Positions 57,863-64,000 of a stretch of DNA of 64,000 nt are shown piece by piece. The notes beneath the pieces were generated by a model. That model did not search any database. It had not been told where the DNA came from and saw nothing but the letters and a program-made list of their open reading frames with translations. Source of the stretch: Macrostomum lignano (lineage: Eukaryota). The position numbers were made by a program, and so were the translations under genes. The stretch lies in the NCBI GenBank assembly GCA_002269645.1, contig NIVC01000142.1, positions 682,001 through 746,000 of the forward strand. The letters run 5' to 3'. How positions within the stretch are numbered: the first letter of the stretch is position 1; the number at the start of each line of letters is the position of its first letter.

Positions 57863-58559
57863 TAAAGCTAGCTTACATGCCAGCCGGTTTACAGCACAGA
57901 TACTAAAATAACCAGATGGGCCACTCAGGCATATATATCTTACATAGTATATCAGCTTTCTACTTTCAGTTCAGTAGCAAAGAAGAATGCATTTAGGCTA
58001 TTTTATAAAAAAGGCAGCTGAAACGACTAACAAGTTTAGAAGCCCAAGCTTGCAGTCGTAAAGAATTTGCTAATTGGTTTAGCAATAATGTACATTAGCC
58101 AGTCCATTGAAATCTACATGGCAGCTTTAGGCTGGAATTCCGAGGAATACAATAAAAATTGGGGCGAGGCGGGGGGCAGTGTAGAAAGGCGCGGTTTAAG
58201 GTTTTAAACTGGGGGGCCCATGAAGGGGGTAAGAGCCAATAAATGAGCCTTGGCTTTAAAAATACATTAAAATGCTTCTGTTTAACACACTTCTGAACTG
58301 AAAGTAGCTTACACGCAAATGTGCTGAGTGGCCCATCTAGTTATTCTAGTATGTGTGGTTTACAGATTCCTTAATAATATAATATTAATCTGGATAGCAA
58401 TGATGCTTAATTGATAAAAAAACAGTTCAACTTTAGGAGGCGATAAATATCGGGCACTAGTAGTGATCAACGGGTTTTTAAAGGAAAATTTATTAAACTG
58501 GACAGAATGAGGAACAGGGTGAACTAAAACATTATTTTTGCCACTAAATACATAAAATA

Positions 58560-59545
58560 CGAGGGGTGTCCAAAAAGTAGTGACACCTTCAACTGCAGCT
58601 CCCGTTCTACAGCTTCCTGTCATTTAAAATTTTAAGAACTAATAGCGGCAAATCTCTTCTATAGACTGCTTTTTTGAATTTTTAAAATTGATACCAGAGA
58701 ACAAAAGTTATACCCACAAAAGCAACAGCACCCGTATCATAGAGTTACACAAACTATATCAAAATTTATGATAGTCGACTTCTGCACTCATTCATTAAGA
58801 AGGCATCGATAAATGTCTTGTTTAAGCAATACCAAAGCCCAATTGCAAAATGATGCTCATTGTGACTGACTGAAATTTGTCTATGGACGGAATCATGCGC
58901 AGAAAAATAAAGCATTAAATTCATTACTTTACTTGCAAACAGAGGAGCTTGCATTTTTCAATTGATTTCATTGCCCATACTCGACAACACACATGGATGT
59001 GCACTCAGTTGTTGCTCAGCAAAGTACTATCTTCACTTTTTGGGGCACTGGCCATAGTGCCTCAGAAATTCACGCAAAACTTTGCTCTGCGCACGGATCC
59101 TCTGTGGTCAGCAAAATGACAGTTTATCGATGGATGGAGCAGTTCAGCGAGGGAAGGACTGACTTGGCAGATCAGCATCGGATGGGGTGGCCATACGTTC
59201 ATTGACCTGATGTACTGGCGGACTCCATTCTGGATCTTCTTGACGAGGACTCCCGAATGACCATTAGAGAGATCGCTGACAGGTTGGACAAGCCGAAATC
59301 AACAATTCATTGAAGCTTACTCAGCATGGATCTCGTGAAGCTCAGCCTATAATTTGTGTAACTCTATGATACAGGCACTGTCACTTTCATGGGTACAACT
59401 CTTGTTCCCTAGTATCAATTTTAAAAATTAAAAAAGCAGTCTGTAAAAGAGATTTGCCGCTATTAGTTCTTAAAATTTTAAATCACAGGAAGCTACAGAA
59501 CGAGAGCCACAGCTGAAAGTATCACTACCCTTTGGACACCCCTCG
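58560..59545 (+). mobile_element. Mariner-family relic with about 200-bp terminal inverted arms and a catalytically deleted transposase fragment
   Basis: TA|CGAGGGGTGTCCAAA at both ends, inverted. Arms 58558-58758 and 59348-59547. Internal HTH-region fragments SASEIHAKLCSAHG..VVSKMTVYRWMEQFSEGRTDLADQHR and LDEDSRMTIREIADRL; no DD34D domain. Confidence 0.88.
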
Positions 59546-59621
59546 TATAATCAGCAACGTTTTTCTCACACCCCTACTTCAAGTAGTTTTTCTACCATTA
59601 GTTGTAACATAATAATAATTG

Positions 59622-62600
59622 TTAGAGGACATAAAAGAGTTCGTGCCGCTTATAACTGTTCTTATCGTCGTCTGGTACGCTGGGATAGCCGCTGACCAAA
59701 CAGTCGGGATTGCCAATGTATACTGTGTTGTACACCTTCCACATCATGTCGCGCACCTTCCTAGCCGGATGGAACAGGCCAGCCAGGCAGTACTGCAGCA
59801 CCCGGGTGTGGCCCAGGCTGACCCGGCAGCCTTCAACAACGGACATGAATGCTTGCACAACGTGCGGCGATGTTTCAAACACGTTTGGCCAGGCAAAATT
59901 AAGCAGGTGAGTGAGCGCGTCCTCGCAGCCGAAACCGTACACACCCAGAGCCATGTGGCCGATGGTGAACATGGCTGTCTGCCTGTGCACGAGGTCCCTG
60001 TCCATCAGGGCGTCCTCCAGCAGAGGGACCACCGCGTAAACGTAGTCCTTGCCCATCTCGCCGATGTATTCAAACATGAATGAAAGCGATTTCAGTACAC
60101 CGTTTTGAACGTTGAGCTCAGGTACGCGGTACTCGTTCATTAGGCCAGGCAATACGGTGAACGGCGAGCAGTTCTCAGCGACAATAGCGATGGCCACTGT
60201 TGTGCAGACACGGTTCTGGCGTTCTTGCACCTGCGGATGGGTTGGATGGGGTTAAAACAGCGATTCTTTGATTCTGTTTTAAGACGAGATTTAAAGATGG
60301 CGATTCTCAACTACTCAGAAAAAAACCATATTTTATCAACTTACTACTTATTAAGTAGCTAGAAGACAACAAAAAACGGTGACACTCCAAGAAAATAAAA
60401 CTTAATGGTATGATTTAACATATATTAGCTACAGGAATTGAGTAGTCGTAGGCCTCGAGCTACATAATATTCAAGTACAAAGTGTCTCGGTAAGCAAGCA
60501 ATATCGGCCTCACCTTGAGATTATTGAGCAGAGTTGCCAGCACATCATGCGGACCAATAGCTTTGGCAATGTAGCCGAACGTGTTAACTGTGGCCCGTCT
60601 GATACTCTTCTTGTGCGCCTTGAGCAATTCGAGCAGCTCGAAGCAGATGCGCATCCACTCCTTGACGCTGACGAACTCGGAGCCGCGGTCGGCGATGCGG
60701 CCAACCAGGTCGATGCAGTTCTCCTGCACTTTCTCGTGCCGGTTCTTTAGAATAGGCGTCAGCCTAGGAAGCAGATCCTTGATTGGCGGCGTCATCTTGT
60801 TCATCCCGATGACATTCACGATGGCTTTCAATGCGCCTAGAATCGAGCCTAGGACCTCCGGGTACTCCTCGCCGAGGTACTCGTACAGCACAACGCCAAG
60901 ATGGCCCATCAAGCGCTCCTCCTGGCAGGCTTTCATAACGCCAGCTATGCGGCTAATGAGATCGGCCACCTGTTGGCGCACTTTGGCCGACTTGTTGTTC
61001 AGGCGCCAGAGAATGTTGCCGCAGATCTGGGGCAGGTAGGGCTTCACCCGCTTACCCAGAGCGTTCACCAGGGTGCCGAAGCCGTTCAGCATCACAGCGT
61101 CCTCGTTTGTCTGCTCCGAGAAGGCGAACATTACGCCATCGACTAGCTGTTCTTCGAGACGCGAGTCAACCTCAGTGGCACCCAGATTGTTGAGCACCTT
61201 CTCAACCGTATCCATGACCATTTTGCGATACTGCTCAGATGGCTCTTTGAGATCGTCCACAATTCGATTGAGAATCTCTGCCGAACCAACTTTGTTGGCA
61301 ATCTCGACTGTGGTGTCCACCAATTGGCGGTAGTTCCGCCTGTCCGAGGCCATCTTCTGGGTCCAGAAGTGCTTGAAAAATGACGGCAAAATGTCTTTCT
61401 TGATGTAAGCCGGCTCAACACCCTCGGTGGAGCAGCACTGTTTCACTACTTTGAGCACAATTTTCTTCATCTCTTCGTCAGGCGACTGGAACTCGCGGAT
61501 TAAGATGAGCATAACCTCGCGAGTATAATAATTGGCGTACTCGGCGTCCATTAAGGGAATGAGGTAGCCAATGGCTTTGAGAAAAGCGGCCAGACCTTTG
61601 CCTCGGTGGGTACGGATGCCTTTCCATAGCGGTTTGAGCACGGTATCAAACGACTCAATGCCGTAGGGCGTGGCGGACTCGGCCAGAGCTGCCAGAGCCA
61701 GAGCGGTGATAGTTCGCACCTTCTGCTGCTCGTCAACCAGGCCCAGTTCGATAATTTCAACCAGAGAGCGCAGATGCGGCAGCACAGCGCAGCCCATCAG
61801 GATGGCAATCTGTTGCACTATTTTGATACCAGTGTGCCTGGCCTGCCAGCTACGCTTCGACTTGCACACGGCCTTGAGAAACAATAGCAGACTGGGAATG
61901 CCTAGCGCTGAGGCCACCACAGCGAAAGCTCTGGCCGTGGTGTTACGCACGTATTCGTCCATGTTCTCCAGATCCGGACGCATTGTGGTGATCATGGTTG
62001 CCAGGCCGGCCGCTTTGGCCAGGTTAGAAATAATCTCGCGGCCTTCTACGCGAGCATAATAGTCTTCATCGATGAGCAGCGGCTCAATCACTACCAGGAT
62101 TTTGTGGACGAACGGCCGCACCAAATCGTCCAGCTTGTAGAGCACCCGGTCAATCACTTTCACAAGCAGGTGGCGCTCCTGATCCTCCAGTGTCGGCGAC
62201 ATCAACAGCGGCAGGATCTGATTGAAGAGCGGGCCGGCACCGAACTCTCTGGACTTCTCGGTGATCTGGCGGAGCGCGGATTTGCGCATCGGTGGCGTGC
62301 CGTTTTTGATCTTCAACAGCAGAGTCATAATACGACGCTCCCGCAGCTCATCGGCCGACAGGCTGTCCTCGTCAACATCGGTGAGCAGCTTGTCGAAGTA
62401 CTGCATATCGTCGGGCTTCAGCATTGGCAGATTGGTGCCTTTAGGCTGCATATCCGCCAAGGCTGTGCCCGTAGACGTCCGAACATCCGGCGTGGCCATC
62501 TTGAAGCCACCGGGCGTCGTCAGCGGAGTCGGCGTTGCAGTCAAACGACGCGGCGTTCGCAGCGGCACATAGCCGGCCGGCGGAGCCAGCACCTTGTAGC

Positions 62601-63912
62601 CTTCGGGCAGCATGGCATCCAGATCTTCGTCAGAGAGCGGCCGGTTGCGGTCATCCAGCTCCTTCTGCGCGGAGAATATCTGCATCTGCTCCGGGGTCAT
62701 GGCGGCGGCTGCAACTGCTGCACTGGGCGTGGCCATCTCCATTGCCTTCACGCCCATCGGAGTCACCCCGCTTGGGGTCATGACCCCGCCAGGTGTAAAA
62801 CCGCTCGGCGTGGCCGACGCCGGCGTTGCTACGCTCGGCGTTGCGTCGGCGACATTTGATGGCGTCTCGCCGGGCGTCTCGTCCCAACGCGAGCGCCGCT
62901 TGCCAGCCTGCGGCGTCTCCTGAATCAGGTCGGCGGCGGTCCGGTCCGCGCGCGGCGTCTCGCCCCAGCCACCGGGAGTCGCTTCGTCCCATCTATTTCG
63001 CCGGCCCATTGGTGTTGTAGCCGACGGCGTGGCGTCGAAGTGGCCGGGCGTTTCACCCCGAGTTGACATATGTACGGGCGTCTCCGCCCACTGCCGCTCG
63101 TTGAATTGCCCCGGTGCCGGCGTGGCGTCGCCGCCGCTGATGCGGCCGGGCGTCTCCGCCCACTGACGCACGCTGGCCGACGGGGTGGCGGCGCCGCTGG
63201 CCGACATGGCCGACGGGGTGCCGGCATCCGCCTCGAAGCCAGTCTGGAAGAATTACATGTTAGCGTTTATGTCATTTATTTGACATGAGCTTAATATCAT
63301 ATGATCAAACTTAAGTGTAAAAAGTGCCACCAATCCCTGAACACCTAGCAACCACCTCAGACACCTAACAACCAAACCCATAAACACCCTAGAAACCTAG
63401 AAACCACCTCAGACACCTAACAACCAAATCCATAAACACCCTAGCAACTACCGCAGACACCTAACAACCAAACCCATAAACACCTTAGCAACCACCGCAG
63501 ACACCTAACAACCAAACCCATAAACATCCTAGCAACCACTGCAGACACCTAACAACCAAACCCATAAACATCCTAGCAACCACTGCAGACACCTAACAAC
63601 CAAACCCATAAACATCCTAGCAACCACTGCAGACACCTAACAACCAAACCCATAAACACCCTAGCAACCATACTGAAATACAAAAATCTACCTTCTTGGC
63701 CTGCGGAGTGTCTCCGCTCTCGGCCGGGACGTCCCACCGACCGCGTTTCTTGGCCGGCGCAGCCTCCTGCTGCTGCGGCATCACTGTGCGCAGCTCGCCA
63801 GCCTTGAACTTCTCCGCCATTTGCTGACGCAGCTCGGCCTGTTGCCTGGTCAGCGCCTGTGACTGCATTATGTCTCGATACGTCTGCAGGCTGTTGTCCG
63901 GCGTTTTGCCGC
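59622..63912 (-). CDS. SF3B1: Splicing factor 3B subunit 1, last three exons (63912-63692, 63243-60514, 60230-59622); the 5' part lies beyond the window
   Basis: GKTPD, RWD/ETP (ULM and TP) motifs, [25 protein letters not shown] repeats with conserved [32 protein letters not shown] and [13 protein letters not shown], and C-terminal ELFYVL*. GT/AG junctions are in phase. Confidence 0.98.
63335..63672. repeat. About 44-bp intronic tandem repeat (CCTAGCAACCACYGCAGACACCTAACAACCAAACCCATAAACA core)
   Basis: In an SF3B1 intron. Confidence 0.9.
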
Positions 63913-64000
63913 CTGTAAATTTTGGACAATGTTGAGTTTCGGGGGCGGAGGGGAAAGGGGAGCAGAGGGGGGGGAGAGAAATGTAGTAAACAGATTGTAA

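Noticed and set aside
60514-62400. Unusual SF3B1 hotspot residues
   Set aside because: The R625-, H662-, K666-, K700- and R1074-equivalent motifs all read as conserved.
59619-63288. Plus-strand ORFs overlapping SF3B1 (and similar ORFs over SYT4, MORN1 and the neuropeptide gene)
   Set aside because: They are antisense shadows of GC3-rich coding exons.

Overview
Eukaryotic (animal) genomic DNA with GT-AG introns, GC3-rich exons and a different tandem repeat in most introns. This style and a flatworm-like neuropeptide precursor suggest a free-living flatworm such as Macrostomum, which is an inference. Genes assembled by hand, with splice phases checked: 3' end of WDR1/AIP1 (+); ETHE1 (+, 2 exons); eIF6 (+, 3 exons, with a 1-nt frameshift in exon 3); an unassigned 5-exon PH-domain/coiled-coil gene (+); synaptotagmin-4/11-like (-, 4 coding exons); MORN1 (-, 10 coding exons); a small Cys-rich Shisa-like membrane protein (-); an amidated-neuropeptide precursor with 21 tandem xxY(S/N)GLL-G-K(R/K) units (+); and the 3' three exons of SF3B1 (-). 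Between and within genes are many micro/minisatellites and several non-autonomous DNA transposons (hAT MITEs, a CCC..GGG TIR element, a foldback element, two mariner relics). The most unusual signal is a mariner relic just downstream of the SF3B1 stop: 23 of 25 substitutions between its ~200-bp inverted arms run in one direction and would be G-U wobbles in a minus-strand (SF3B1-sense) RNA hairpin. No CRISPR array, rRNA or intact tRNA was found.
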